Shown here: positions 43,969 through 54,100 of the stretch, piece by piece
Layout of the letters: every line of letters begins with the position of its first letter
Numbering within the stretch: position 1 is the first letter of the stretch
Origin: Thermoplasmata archaeon
GTDB lineage: Archaea; Thermoplasmatota; Thermoplasmata; Lutacidiplasmatales; UBA184
DNA length: 64,000 bases
Assembly: GCA_021796385.1 (NCBI GenBank)
Contig: JAJYXQ010000005.1
Span: forward strand, 21,398 to 85,397
Direction: 5' to 3'
Made by a program: the position numbers and the translations under genes
The notes under the pieces: generated by a model
What the model saw: the letters and a program-made list of their open reading frames with translations, nothing else
Told to the model about the DNA's origin: nothing
The model's database searches: none

Positions 43969-45741
43969 ATGGAGCGTTCCCCGGATCTTAGCATTCGAGT
44001 CGGCGGCGCGGCAGGGGATGGGATTGCAACCCTCGGGGAGAGCTTCGCCCGGCTCTTCACCCGGAACGGGTACCATGCCTATGGGCACACAGCCTACCAA
44101 TCGGTGATCCGGGGGGGTCACGTCTGGTTCCACGCCCGGGGTAGCCCTGATCGGGTCTGGTCCCAGGGCGATGGGATCGACATCCTGTACGCATACAACG
44201 AGCAGACAGCCGAGATTCATGCCCCCTACCTGAGGAAAGGAGGGGTCATGGTCCATGACCCGGAGAAGTTCCAGTTCCCGGCGGACCGGCTGCCGGCAGG
44301 GACACGGGCGATCGCGGTACCGACATTGCAAATGAGCCGGAAGTACACGAGCGACCCGATCCTCTCGGGGTCCGCTGCGATGGGAGCGTGCACCTTCCTT
44401 GCGGGGTTCCCGTTCGACACGTTGGCCGCCATTTTACAGGACAACTTTGGCTCGAAGAAGAAGGATGTCCTGGAGCAGAACTTGGGCACGGCGGAGGCCG
44501 GCTATCGCTTCGTTCAGGAAAGGGAGCGCCCCATCGAGCGGGCGTTCGCTCCAAATCACGGGGCAGCAAAACTGCTCATCACCGGGAATCAAGCCATTGC
44601 GATGGGAGCGGTGGCAGGGGGTTGCAAATTCTTGGCGCAGTATCCCATGACCCCGGCGAGCACCATCATGCATTGGATGGCAGCCCACGCCGCAGACCTG
44701 GGCATCGTGGTGAAGCAGGCCGAGGACGAGCTGGCCGCTATCAACATGGCCATTGGCGCTTCGCATGCTGGGGTTCGGGCGATGACCGCAACCAGCGGAG
44801 GGGGGTTCTCGCTCATGGTGGAAGCTTTGGGGATGGCGGGGATGACCGAGACGCCGCTTGTGGTGGTGAACTCTCAGCGCTCCGGACCATCGACGGGGCT
44901 TCCGACCAAGACCGAGCAGGGAGATCTCGACCTGATGCTCGGGGCCGGTCAAGGGGACTTCCCGAGGGCCATTCTCGCACCCGGGAACGTGGTCGAAGCC
45001 TACCGGCAGACCATCGAGGCCTTCAGATTGGCCGAGGATTGGCAGACGCCCATCCTCCTCGCCAGCGATTTCGGACTCTCGGAGAACCTCCAATCCGCTG
45101 ACCGAGAGGATTTCCCGATGGATCTCACCCCATCCAACCTCTTCTCAAGCCTTCCCCGTTCCGAAAACGGTGGGTTCCGAAGGTACGCGTACACACCCTC
45201 CGGCGTTTCTCCCCGCTCGATACCAGGCCAGAAGGGCCTCAACTTTGTGGCGGGAAGCGACGAGCATGATGAACGGGGACACCTCATCTCGGATGTGCTG
45301 GTCGGCACCCCCGCTGCGGTTGTGGAACGCCGGCACATGATGGAGAAGCGTATGCGGAAACTGGAAGGTCTCCGGTCCGAAGTTCCGATGCCGGTGATCG
45401 AAGGACCCGAAAGTGCCCAACTCACCATCGTAGCCTGGGGTTCGGTGGCAGGCCCCGTGCGAGATGCCCTAGCCGAACTGAATTCGGATGGGATCCGGGT
45501 CAACTTCCTGCCGCTGAACTGCGTGTTCCCGCTCCGGGTGGCCGAGCTCGGCAAGGCGCTCGTGCATGCCCAGAAGACGCTCCTGGTGGAGGCCAACTAT
45601 ACGGCCAAACTCGGTGGCTTGATCCGCAAGGAGACTGGCATCGAGCTCTCCCACCGCCTCCTCAAATATGATGGCGAACCGTTCTATCCAGCGGAGATCG
45701 TGGCGAAAGTGCAACGGATCCTCAAAGGAGAAGTGAACTGA
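43969..45741 (+). CDS. 2-oxoacid:ferredoxin oxidoreductase subunit alpha (two-subunit Sulfolobus/Thermoplasma type)
   Basis: RVGGAAGDGIATLGESFARLFTRNGYHAYGHTAYQSVIRGGHVWF is the gamma-like N-terminal domain. 590 aa. Confidence 0.85.
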   Translation: MERSPDLSIRVGGAAGDGIATLGESFARLFTRNGYHAYGHTAYQSVIRGGHVWFHARGSPDRVWSQGDGIDILYAYNEQTAEIHAPYLRKGGVMVHDPEKFQFPADRLPAGTRAIAVPTLQMSRKYTSDPILSGSAAMGACTFLAGFPFDTLAAILQDNFGSKKKDVLEQNLGTAEAGYRFVQERERPIERAFAPNHGAAKLLITGNQAIAMGAVAGGCKFLAQYPMTPASTIMHWMAAHAADLGIVVKQAEDELAAINMAIGASHAGVRAMTATSGGGFSLMVEALGMAGMTETPLVVVNSQRSGPSTGLPTKTEQGDLDLMLGAGQGDFPRAILAPGNVVEAYRQTIEAFRLAEDWQTPILLASDFGLSENLQSADREDFPMDLTPSNLFSSLPRSENGGFRRYAYTPSGVSPRSIPGQKGLNFVAGSDEHDERGHLISDVLVGTPAAVVERRHMMEKRMRKLEGLRSEVPMPVIEGPESAQLTIVAWGSVAGPVRDALAELNSDGIRVNFLPLNCVFPLRVAELGKALVHAQKTLLVEANYTAKLGGLIRKETGIELSHRLLKYDGEPFYPAEIVAKVQRILKGEVN

Positions 45742-45742
45742 T

Positions 45743-46642
45743 ATGACTACAGCACAGTCGAGCATGGAAGGCGTCGCAAGTAAAGTGGTATCCCCTGTGG
45801 TTGGCAAATCCGACACGAAACCCACCTGGTGCCCAGGCTGTGGAGACTACGGTGTGGTTGCGGCGGTTGAGCGGGCCCTGAAGACGCTCGCGATCCCTTC
45901 CCACGAAGTCTTGATCGTGAGCGGCATCGGATGCTCCTCGAATCTGCCGCATTTCCTTTCGAGCTATGGGTTCCACGCCATTCACGGACGGGCGATCCCG
46001 GTGGCCTCGGGCGCCAAACTGGCGAACCATGCCCTGACCGTGATCGCGACTGGGGGAGATGGGGACGGTTACGGCATCGGTGGGGGTCATTTCATTCATG
46101 CCATGCGCCGGAATCTCGACATCACCTACATCGTGATGAACAACGAGATCTATGGGCTTACGACAGGGCAAGCCTCACCCACCAGCGAGATGGGGCACAA
46201 GACCAAGAGCACCCCCCTTGGCGTGATCGAACACCCGATCAACCCGATAGCCCTTGCACTTGCCTCGGGAGCCACATACGTTTCCCGGGGCTTCTCAGGG
46301 GATCCCAAGCATCTCGGAGACCTGATTGCGAACGGCATCAAGCACCGCGGATTCTCGCTGGTCGACGTGTTTTCTCCGTGTGTGACGTACAACAAGCTCA
46401 ACACCTTCGATTTTTTCCGCCAACGCCTGTACAAACTGGAAGGATCGGCCCACGACCCATCGAATCTGGTGGCAGCGTTCGAGAAATCCCAAGAATGGGG
46501 AGCGAAGATCCCCATCGGCCTGTTCTACAGTGCGGATCGTCCCACCTACGAAGAGCTGGAACCCGCCCTCAAGGCGGGGCCTCTCGTCCATCAGCCCGCC
46601 GGGCTTCAGGGGCGGGAACGGCTCCTCGACGAGTTCATTTAG
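45743..46642 (+). CDS. 2-oxoacid:ferredoxin oxidoreductase subunit beta (TPP-binding)
   Basis: PTWCPGCGDYGVVAAV and the GGDGDGYGIGG TPP motif. Starts 1 nt after the alpha-subunit stop. Confidence 0.85.
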   Translation: MTTAQSSMEGVASKVVSPVVGKSDTKPTWCPGCGDYGVVAAVERALKTLAIPSHEVLIVSGIGCSSNLPHFLSSYGFHAIHGRAIPVASGAKLANHALTVIATGGDGDGYGIGGGHFIHAMRRNLDITYIVMNNEIYGLTTGQASPTSEMGHKTKSTPLGVIEHPINPIALALASGATYVSRGFSGDPKHLGDLIANGIKHRGFSLVDVFSPCVTYNKLNTFDFFRQRLYKLEGSAHDPSNLVAAFEKSQEWGAKIPIGLFYSADRPTYEELEPALKAGPLVHQPAGLQGRERLLDEFI

Positions 46643-46943
46643 ACTCGTTGGGTGCAGCGGTCTCGGACAGGTCGGAAGTCCCTTCGGGTTCGGCGGTCGG
46701 GTGGGAACGGGCCTCCCGGGCGTGGTCCACGAGCAGCAGAAGAACACCGGCCGAGAGGAGGAAGAAAACGTAGATGGCCAAGGTGTTGGCCAGGTTGGTG
46801 TCCCCCCCGGCGTCCACGATGGCATCGATCACGAGCAAGACAAGCGCAGCGGCCACAGGATACCGGGAATCGAGGTGGACCCACTGCGAATAGACCATGT
46901 AAGCGAGGAGGACCGCGAGGAATCCGTATTCCGGGTCGAACAT
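46635..46943 (-). CDS. small hypothetical membrane protein
   Basis: The hydrophobic 122-aa track ORF 46635..47003 would overlap tRNA-Leu, so I shorten it to the internal MFDPEYGF start. The two alternative-frame ORFs here are Arg-rich junk. Confidence 0.3.
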   Translation of the reverse strand: MFDPEYGFLAVLLAYMVYSQWVHLDSRYPVAAALVLLVIDAIVDAGGDTNLANTLAIYVFFLLSAGVLLLLVDHAREARSHPTAEPEGTSDLSETAAPNESK

Positions 46944-46989
46944 GGCAAGGCTTATGGCGGCAGAGCCTGTCTTCCCTAATAACGTCAAT

Positions 46990-47074
46990 GCTGGCGTAGC
47001 CAAGTCCGGCCAACGGCAACGGACTCAAGATCCGTTCTCGCAGGAGTTCCCAGGTTCAAATCCTGGCGCCAGCA
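46990..47074 (+). tRNA. tRNA-Leu (anticodon CAA), class II with a 14-nt variable arm
   Basis: Hand-folded. Acceptor GCTGGCG/CGCCAGC, anticodon arm ACGGA-CTCAAGA-TCCGT (U33, anticodon CAA), variable arm TCTCGCAGGAGTTC, T-arm CCAGG-TTCAAAT-CCTGG, discriminator A. No CCA is encoded. The anticodon arm is identical to haloarchaeal tRNA-Leu(CAA). Confidence 0.8.
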
Positions 47075-47118
47075 TACAGCCGGCGAAATGCCTTTGAACT
47101 CACCCCGATACCGGTGGC

Positions 47119-47472
47119 ATGGTCGGATCCCCAACAGATCACTTAGCGAACGAAAGGACCTTCCTCGCCTGGATCCGGACCGCCCTGACCATCATCGGTC
47201 TTGGGTTCGTCGTGGCCAAGTTCGGCCTTTTCCTCCGGGAACTCGCCACGCGCAGCCCCGGGCCTTCTTCCTCCACGAGCGAGTATGTAGGGGTCTTCCT
47301 GATCTTGGCAGGTAGTGCGCTCGTGGGGATAGCCTACAACCGCTTCCGATTGACGCACGATGACCTGCAATCGGGCACCTACACACCCCGCACCGGGATG
47401 GAATTGCTAATGACTGGAACCCTTGTCGCCGTGGGTATCACGCTCGCCGCATACCTCATCGTGACCGGCTGA
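47119..47472 (+). CDS. DUF202 (YidH-like) membrane protein
   Basis: HLANERTFLAWIRTALTIIGLGFVVAKF is the DUF202 signature. Three TM segments. Confidence 0.65.
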   Translation: MVGSPTDHLANERTFLAWIRTALTIIGLGFVVAKFGLFLRELATRSPGPSSSTSEYVGVFLILAGSALVGIAYNRFRLTHDDLQSGTYTPRTGMELLMTGTLVAVGITLAAYLIVTG

Positions 47473-47509
47473 AGCGCGCGGCGGGCCGCCAAGACAACCC
47501 ACGGTACCC

Positions 47510-47935
47510 TCAACCGAGCTCAGTGTACACTTTCACGAGGGCGCTCTTCAGGTGGCCCCAGCTCCGTCCCTCGGGAAGTGCACGCCCTTTCCATGCACGA
47601 TACGCCACCCGGGAAATGTACTCCGCCTTGGCTATCGCCTTCGCATCCATGAGGCGGCGGCCCTTGAGATCGGGTCGGCTTCGGGAAAGGTGCCGCATCT
47701 CTGACCAAGCCTCTTTCCAGGCATAGGCGGAAAGGGGGGCTCGTTGGAGCAATTCCATCCTCCGCGCCACCCGCTCTTCGACGGCGCTGGAAGCCCGGAA
47801 TGGATGATGGGTCGCTTGGACCTTCAAGAGTCCACGCCCTATGCTTGGTCTGCGAGCCATGGCAGGGTTGAGAGAGCAAGGTTTGTAACCTTGTCCTGAC
47901 CTCACTGACTGACAGTCCTGAGAAAGCAGCATCAC
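47510..47935 (-). CDS. hypothetical protein
   Basis: A 141-aa basic protein with no recognisable domain. The start is uncertain (internal MARRPS or MELLQ). Confidence 0.3.
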   Translation of the reverse strand: MMLLSQDCQSVRSGQGYKPCSLNPAMARRPSIGRGLLKVQATHHPFRASSAVEERVARRMELLQRAPLSAYAWKEAWSEMRHLSRSRPDLKGRRLMDAKAIAKAEYISRVAYRAWKGRALPEGRSWGHLKSALVKVYTELG

Positions 47936-48103
47936 GGAACTACGACGTTGCGTCCCCTAGCCTCCTTAAGAGGAAACCGAACATCCCGTGGAGCCCACCG
48001 AAGACTGGGTCACCTCGACCTTTGAATGAGGGACATGTCGCTTTGCACACCCCACAGTGTTCAAATACCCCCTAAGAAGTTCTCGGGTTGAGGTGAGAAA
48101 CAA

Positions 48104-48493
48104 ATGGAGCGAAAGCTGGTACCGACCCTCCTCGGAGCCTTCGGCGGGCTGCTCATCCTACTGGGCGCGCTCGTCGCATTCCTTTTGGGGATGGTAAACG
48201 GTATAGCGACTAGCCACCCCGGTCCTCTGCTGACCGGAATGGCTACAGGCGCGATCGCCGGGGCAGTGGGTTTCATTGCCTTGGTCCTGACCTACTACTC
48301 CCGTGGGTCGGAATGGGAACGCCTGGCGGGAGGCATCGGGCTCTTGGTCCTGGGAGTAGTGTCCTGGGCCTTCCTGATGTCGTCGGCGCTGGCCATCGCA
48401 GGGTCCATACTGGTCTTCTTCGGAGGACTAGTATTTACCGTCGAAGGGCTGATCCCGACCGTCCGGGGAACCACCTACCCTCGCCCCGGGTAA
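48104..48493 (+). CDS. hypothetical membrane protein (4 TM)
   Basis: Gly/Ala/Leu-rich with four hydrophobic helices. Followed by a GC-rich hairpin. Confidence 0.5.
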   Translation: MERKLVPTLLGAFGGLLILLGALVAFLLGMVNGIATSHPGPLLTGMATGAIAGAVGFIALVLTYYSRGSEWERLAGGIGLLVLGVVSWAFLMSSALAIAGSILVFFGGLVFTVEGLIPTVRGTTYPRPG

Positions 48494-48504
48494 ACCCTTT
48501 CCCA

Positions 48505-48526
48505 GCGGGAGGGGAAACCCTCCCGC
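48505..48526 (+). terminator. GC-rich hairpin with a GNRA loop (gcgggaggg-gaaa-ccctcccgc) after the membrane-protein stop
   Basis: A perfect 9-bp stem 12 nt downstream of the TAA, followed within 20 nt by a T/A-rich promoter element. Confidence 0.4.
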
Positions 48527-48542
48527 CACCGTGCGGGGTATA

Positions 48543-48550
48543 TTTTATAT
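48543..48550 (+). promoter_or_regulatory. TATA box (TTTTATAT) for the downstream DUF2203-like gene
   Basis: A near-consensus archaeal TATA 35 bp upstream of the ATG at 48586, with GGTGGGGGTGG (SD-like) in between. Confidence 0.5.
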
Positions 48551-48585
48551 CCCCAGCCTCTCTTTTACGGTGGGGGTGGAAACCG

Positions 48586-49023
48586 ATGCTGAATTATGGA
48601 CCCGACACCGACGATGAGGACGTCGGGGCTCAAATCCGTCGGCTATGGCAAGTGAAGGAGGCCGAGGCAGAGCTTCCTTTTGTTCAACGTATCCTTTCCG
48701 AGATACGATACCTCGTGAAGCAATCCAACGAGATGCAGATGCATATCGGTCTGGACGAGAGGATCAGCCAGCGAGTGACCGCCCTACGGAACCGGGGGAT
48801 CGAAATCAAGGACCTCGCCACGGGACTGGTGGACTTCTATGCCGTGCGCAAGGGAGAACTCGTGTACCTCTGCTGGAAGGAGGGGGAATCGGGGATCCAC
48901 TGGTGGCACCCCGTGACCGGAGGTTTCGGCACGCGCCAGAAATTGACCGTTGAGGAGCGTTCGGGGGCTCTGAACCAAGCGCTTGGGCGCAAGGGCCTTG
49001 ACCAGCTTCCTGGGTATAGTTAG
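48586..49023 (+). CDS. DUF2203-like conserved hypothetical protein
   Basis: IEIKDLATGLVDFYAVRKGELVYLCWKEGESGIHWWHPVTGGFGTRQKL resembles the DUF2203 family. Start moved from the track's 48313, which overlaps the preceding gene, to the ATG downstream of the TATA/SD. Confidence 0.5.
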   Translation: MLNYGPDTDDEDVGAQIRRLWQVKEAEAELPFVQRILSEIRYLVKQSNEMQMHIGLDERISQRVTALRNRGIEIKDLATGLVDFYAVRKGELVYLCWKEGESGIHWWHPVTGGFGTRQKLTVEERSGALNQALGRKGLDQLPGYS

Positions 49024-49125
49024 CTCACCTTTCGCGCAAACGTCAGGAGAACGAGATCACCTTGGCGGATGGTGACCTTTGTCTGCCCGAGCGATTCTTG
49101 GCAGGCACGCTGAGTGGTGGCCTAG

Positions 49126-49198
49126 AGCCGAGGGAGGGAGTTGAACCCCCGGAAAGCAGATCTGCAGTCTGCCGCATTAGCCGTTCTGCCACCTCGGC
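49126..49198 (-). tRNA. tRNA-Cys (anticodon GCA)
   Basis: Hand-folded from the reverse complement. Acceptor GCCGAGG/CCTCGGC (7/7 bp), D-arm GCAG-AACGGCTA-ATGC, anticodon arm GCAGA-CTGCAGA-TCTGC (U33, GCA at 34-36), 5-nt variable loop, T-arm GGGGG-TTCAACT-CCCTC, discriminator U. 73 nt with canonical numbering throughout. Confidence 0.85.
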
Positions 49199-49235
49199 AA
49201 CCGTCCGCCCGAGAGTCATTCACGATAAATAGACT

Positions 49236-50165
49236 GTGGCGCTCAAAGAAGTCGGAACCATGACGCTGTCGGAGGAGGTGCTCCGCCTCAAGAAGGAGCG
49301 CGATGCGGTCATCCTTTCCCATAATTATCAGATCGGGGAGATCCAGGACATTGCCGATTTCGTCGGGGACTCCCTCTACCTCTCCCGAAAGGCCAAGGAA
49401 TCGAAGGCGAAGGTCATTGTCTTTTCCGGTGTGAAATTCATGGCGGAGACGGCCAAGATCCTGTCCCCGGAGAAGACGGTACTCCTTCCGGACCTCGAAG
49501 CGGGATGCTCGCTCTCGGACTCGATCACCGGAGAACAACTCCGCTCATGGAAGTCCGAGCATCCCGGCGCAGCCGTGGTGAGCTACGTGAATACCTCTGC
49601 CGAGGTGAAGGCCGAGTCCGACTTCTGCTGCACTTCCTCGAACGCTGTGGAGATCGTCCGTCGCATTCCGACGGAACGGGAGATCCTCTTTTTGCCCGAC
49701 ATGTTCTTGGGGGATTACGTGCGCCGGACCACCGGTCGGCAGAACATGCATTTGTGGACCGGAGATTGCTTTGTCCACACGCGGATGCGACCCGAGACGG
49801 TACGTCGTCAGCGAGCCTTGCATCCCGGGGCGGAGCTCATCGCACACCCCGAATGCGGTTGCACGACAGAGGCCCTTTCTGAAGTGGATCGGATCCTTTC
49901 CACGGACGGGATGATCCGCTTTGCCCAAGAGACCCGTGACCCTCAGGTCATGGTGGCGACGGAGATCGGGATCCTCCATCGCATCCGGAAACTCAATGCA
50001 TCGACCGAGTTCATTCCCCTAGCACCGGATGCGATCTGCCCGTTCATGAAGCGGAACACGCTCGAAAAGATCCGGGACTCCCTCCGGGACCTGAAGTTCG
50101 AGATCCAGCTCACCCCCGAAGTGATGGACCGGGCCCGGAAAGCACTTGAGCGGATGATCGCTTGA
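49236..50165 (+). CDS. nadA: quinolinate synthase NadA
   Basis: LKKERDAVILSHNYQIGEIQDIADFVGDSLYLS, and Cys ligands in FCCTSSN, HPECGC and the C-terminal region. 309 aa (GTG start in the track; MTLSEE is an internal alternative). Confidence 0.9.
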   Translation: MALKEVGTMTLSEEVLRLKKERDAVILSHNYQIGEIQDIADFVGDSLYLSRKAKESKAKVIVFSGVKFMAETAKILSPEKTVLLPDLEAGCSLSDSITGEQLRSWKSEHPGAAVVSYVNTSAEVKAESDFCCTSSNAVEIVRRIPTEREILFLPDMFLGDYVRRTTGRQNMHLWTGDCFVHTRMRPETVRRQRALHPGAELIAHPECGCTTEALSEVDRILSTDGMIRFAQETRDPQVMVATEIGILHRIRKLNASTEFIPLAPDAICPFMKRNTLEKIRDSLRDLKFEIQLTPEVMDRARKALERMIA

Positions 50166-50198
50166 GGTCCACCCCGCGTCGGGCCTGAGTCCCGTAAG

Positions 50199-51128
50199 AT
50201 GCGGATATCCCCCGATCTGGGCGAGCATTTGGATCGCCTCGCTTCGAACTTCCACTACGACTCTTCGTTGACGGTCGACCCCGTGGCATTCGTCCAGCGA
50301 CTCCGGAGGGACCCCCGGGCGGCCGAGATCGTAGGGGTGCTATCGTCCACGGTCGCGGTGGGGAATGTACTATCGATACGGCGGAACCTGACGGGGCTCT
50401 TGCAGCGGCTCGGCGAAGACCCCCGGGGTTTTGTGGAAGCTTTCCCGAAGAACCGTTGGCGCACGGTCCTCGCCCCGTGGAAACATCGGTGGATCCGGGC
50501 GGATCAGATGGGATTCCTTCTCCTGCGATTGCGAGAGATCTATGAGAACTATTCTATAGGGCTCGAGGAGGTCTTTTTGGAAAAGAGCGGGGGGCTCCCG
50601 CTTGAGCCAGCCTATTTTGGCCAAGGGCTGGACGCGCTGTCTAGAGCGCTCCGGTGGGGATCCACGAACCGCCAGCATACCTTCTACGAACCTCCGCCAG
50701 GCTACCTCCAGCTTTTCCCGACCCCGATCGGTCCTGGGAGCCGACCGGTGTGCAAAAGGCTGGCCCTTTTTACCCGGTGGATGGTCCGTCAACACACCCC
50801 TGACCTTGGCCTTTGGAGACGGGTCCCTCCTTCCATCCTGCATGTGCCCCTCGATACGCACGTCTATTGGATATCCTACCACATGGGATTGACCCGACGC
50901 AAGACCCGGACCTGGAAGACGGTCGAAGAGATCACCGGCCATTTGCGCGGATTCGATCCCGAGGACCCGATCCGGTTCGATTTTGCGCTAGCCCACACCG
51001 GGATCTCCGGGGACTGCCCGAAACAGCCCGTTCTCACGGTTTGCGGGAAGTGCGCTCTCCGCCCGGATTGCGACCTATGGGTGCGACGAGGCCCCCGAAG
51101 AGCGAGCCGAACCCGGCCAACCAAGTAG
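50199..51128 (+). CDS. DUF2400/TIGR02757-like conserved hypothetical protein
   Basis: KRLALFTRWMVRQHTPDLGLW...LHVPLDTHVYWIS and the C-terminal CPKQPVLTVCGKCALRPDC cluster. The family assignment is from memory. The 3' 95 nt overlap the convergent S53 gene. Confidence 0.5.
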   Translation: MRISPDLGEHLDRLASNFHYDSSLTVDPVAFVQRLRRDPRAAEIVGVLSSTVAVGNVLSIRRNLTGLLQRLGEDPRGFVEAFPKNRWRTVLAPWKHRWIRADQMGFLLLRLREIYENYSIGLEEVFLEKSGGLPLEPAYFGQGLDALSRALRWGSTNRQHTFYEPPPGYLQLFPTPIGPGSRPVCKRLALFTRWMVRQHTPDLGLWRRVPPSILHVPLDTHVYWISYHMGLTRRKTRTWKTVEEITGHLRGFDPEDPIRFDFALAHTGISGDCPKQPVLTVCGKCALRPDCDLWVRRGPRRASRTRPTK

Positions 51129-54100
51129 GAGCAGATTGCGTCGGGGAAGACGAAACACCAGTGGAGGATGGGGCGGCGGCGGGCAGAGTGGCAGAACATG
51201 CTGGGGCATTACCCGTTGCGCTGTTCGAGAGCTGAACCTCAAAGCAGAATCCTCCCGAACTGCCGGTCGATGCCTGGATAAGGAACTCATAGGTTCCCCA
51301 GCCACCAAACTGTCCGCTCGCTTGAGTGTAGAGGTCTATCTGCATGATCGCATTCGGTCCGGCCTGAGATTGGGCAGCATTGGACACCGTGACAGTGGGA
51401 GGAGCGACTCCGGTGTACACGGTGAAGGCAGGTTGAGGTCCGGTGACCGCTCCGTCAGATTCGTAGGCATTGATGTAGTAGTAGTTGTTCCACTGGGATT
51501 GGGAGATTGCCACCGAAAGTAACATGCAGCCTCCCGAGGCAAGCGACCCGGACACCTGTTGCCCGAAGGCAATAGCGGTTCCGATGGTACATCCTCCTCC
51601 ACCGGATGCCGGGCTCACAGTGATCGTCACCGAATTCGTCGCGGAGGCTCCGGAAGAATCTTTCACGGTCAGTGTGGAAGTGTAGGTTCCCGATGCGCTG
51701 TAGGTGTGGGAGGGGTTCGAGCCGGTACCGGAGGCGCCATCACCGAAGGACCAAGAAAAGCTGTAGGGAGACGAACCGCCGGTGGCCGAACCAGTGAACG
51801 TTACGGTGAGGGGAGCCGTACCCGACGTGGGTGTGGCACTTGCGGACGCCGTTAAGGGTGAGGGGCCTCCTCCGGAATTGCAAGCGGGAGAGGCTCCGGC
51901 CTGTGAGTTAGAGAACTGGAGCTCAAAGCAGAAACTTCCCGATGAACCGGAGGACGCCTGGATGAGGAATTCGTACGTTCCCCAGCCTCCGAATTGGCCC
52001 GAGGATTGGACGGAAAGGGAGATGGTCATGGCGGCATTGGGCCCAGCCTGGGACTGGGCGGCGTTCGTGGGGGTGACGGTTGGGGGGGAGATCCCGGTGT
52101 ACACCGTAAACACCGGCTGGTTACCGCTCACTGTGCCATCGGTCTCGTAGGCATTCAGATAATAGTAGTTGTTCCAGTTGGTCTGGCTCACCACGGCGGA
52201 TAGGAGCATGCATCCACCGCCTGTGACGCTTCCGGAGACCTGGGTCCCGATGGAGACCGAGGTTGCGGAGGTGCACCCGCCCGACGAAGGAGGAGAACTC
52301 ACCGTTATCTGAACGGAGCTTGAGGCCGTAGTTCCCGCTGCGTCGGTGACGGAAAGTACCGAAGTAAAGGTGCCCGCCGTCGAGTAGGTGTGCGATGGGT
52401 TCTGGGCCGAACTAGTGCCCCCATCTCCGAAGGTCCACGAGTAGGTGTACGGGGCAGTGCCGCCCGTGGCGGTACCGGTGTACGTTACGGCCAAGGGAGC
52501 CGTGCCCTGTGTTGGAGAGGCCCCGGCTGTCGCCGTGAGGGGAGCCACGGCTGCGGAGACGGCAATCGCAACGGAGCTTGTGGCAGTCGCCCCCGAAGCA
52601 TCGGTCACGGTGAGCGTGGCAGTATAGCTCCCCGCTGAGGAATAGGTATGCGATGGGTTCTGGGAAGCGGAGGTCCCCCCGTCTCCAAAGCTCCAAGCGT
52701 AGGAGTAGGGAGAAGTGCCCCCACTCGCTGATCCGGTGAAGGAAACCGTGACAGGAGCTGTCCCGCTCGTCGGCGAACCCGATGCCGAGGCCGAGAGCGG
52801 AGTTCCCCCACCCCCAGAGCCAGCGTTCCAGTGGGCCGCCAGAGCCCCAATGTTCGGAGTTCCGACACCTGTGGCCGCGTCCCAGCCGGGGCCGGCGGAG
52901 TACCCGTTACTTCCCGTCGTGACATCGTGGAAGACGGAGTGGTAGAGCGACCCCTCGGCCAGGCTGTATACCCTTGGGCCAGCGAACCCGGTGGCCCCTG
53001 CCGCTTGATAAATGACATTGAGGGCAGCGGCCCACATCGGGCATGCAAGGGAGGTCCCGCCCACCTGCTGGGATTGCCCGTTCGTGATGACATTGACCCC
53101 GGAATTCGGGTCGGCATCCATCGCCACGTCAGGGACACCCCGCTCTGTCGTTCCGCCACAAGTGCTGGAGAGGCCTGGCATGTTCACTTGGTACGAGGGA
53201 GGAGAGTCGTTGACATCGCATCCGCCTCCCGTCCCGCTCCACGCGCTCTCGCTCCCATAGGAACTTCCCGAAGGAGTGATGGTGGTTCCACCGACCCCGA
53301 GCCCGTCGGGTTCGGCCGCCGGGTAGTCCACGGCCGCCCCATTGTCCCCTGCCGAAGCCAGCAGGGTTATGCCCGCCGCTTCCGCGCTTTGCCATATCGA
53401 GTGATAGGGCCCGCCACCACCCCAACTGTTCGAGCCGAAGGGGATACCCTGGGAAACGAAGGTCTGGTCACATACTGAAGGGTCCGAAGAGTCCAAGCAC
53501 ACAAGGATGGTGGCTCCGGGAGCGATCACGTGCGCCCACTGAATGTCCAAGTCGGTCTCTGTATCCCAACCCGATTGCCCCCCACTGCACGTACTGGACC
53601 CGCTACCTGTGAACTGAAGGGTCGTGGACGGGAGGCCATACTGCGTATCGAACTGGTTCAGATCATTCTGGTACCCCTGGTCCGTCTCGCCTGGATCGCA
53701 CACCTCGGCAAGACCTATGGTGCCCGACCCGGTATCGCCAGCATTGAGCAGAGGGGTATCGTTGTAGAATCCCTGCATCACGGAGGGAGTGGTCGCGGCC
53801 AAGGGGTGGATGGAGATGGAAGGGAACGAGAGCATGACGTGGGGAACGTCGAACCCGTTGAGCCCGGTGAACGACTCGACCGCAGAGGCGATGGAGGAGG
53901 GAAGTTCCGGAACTCCGCGGGGAGCGATACCCGATTGCGAACCCAAGGAGAACTGATAGAGTTCGATATGGAACGCCTGGTCGATGGCGTTGGCAGGGCC
54001 GCTAACCCGGTACACGAGCGGACCGGAGGTCGGGGAGACGGTGAGACCGTTCCCGGAAAGGTAGTTCACAAGGTTCGTCACCGTCGCCGAGGAGGGACCG

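Noticed and set aside
47936-48103. GTTCAAAT T-loop-like motif suggesting a third tRNA
   Set aside because: No complementary T-stem, acceptor stem or anticodon arm could be folded around it on either strand.
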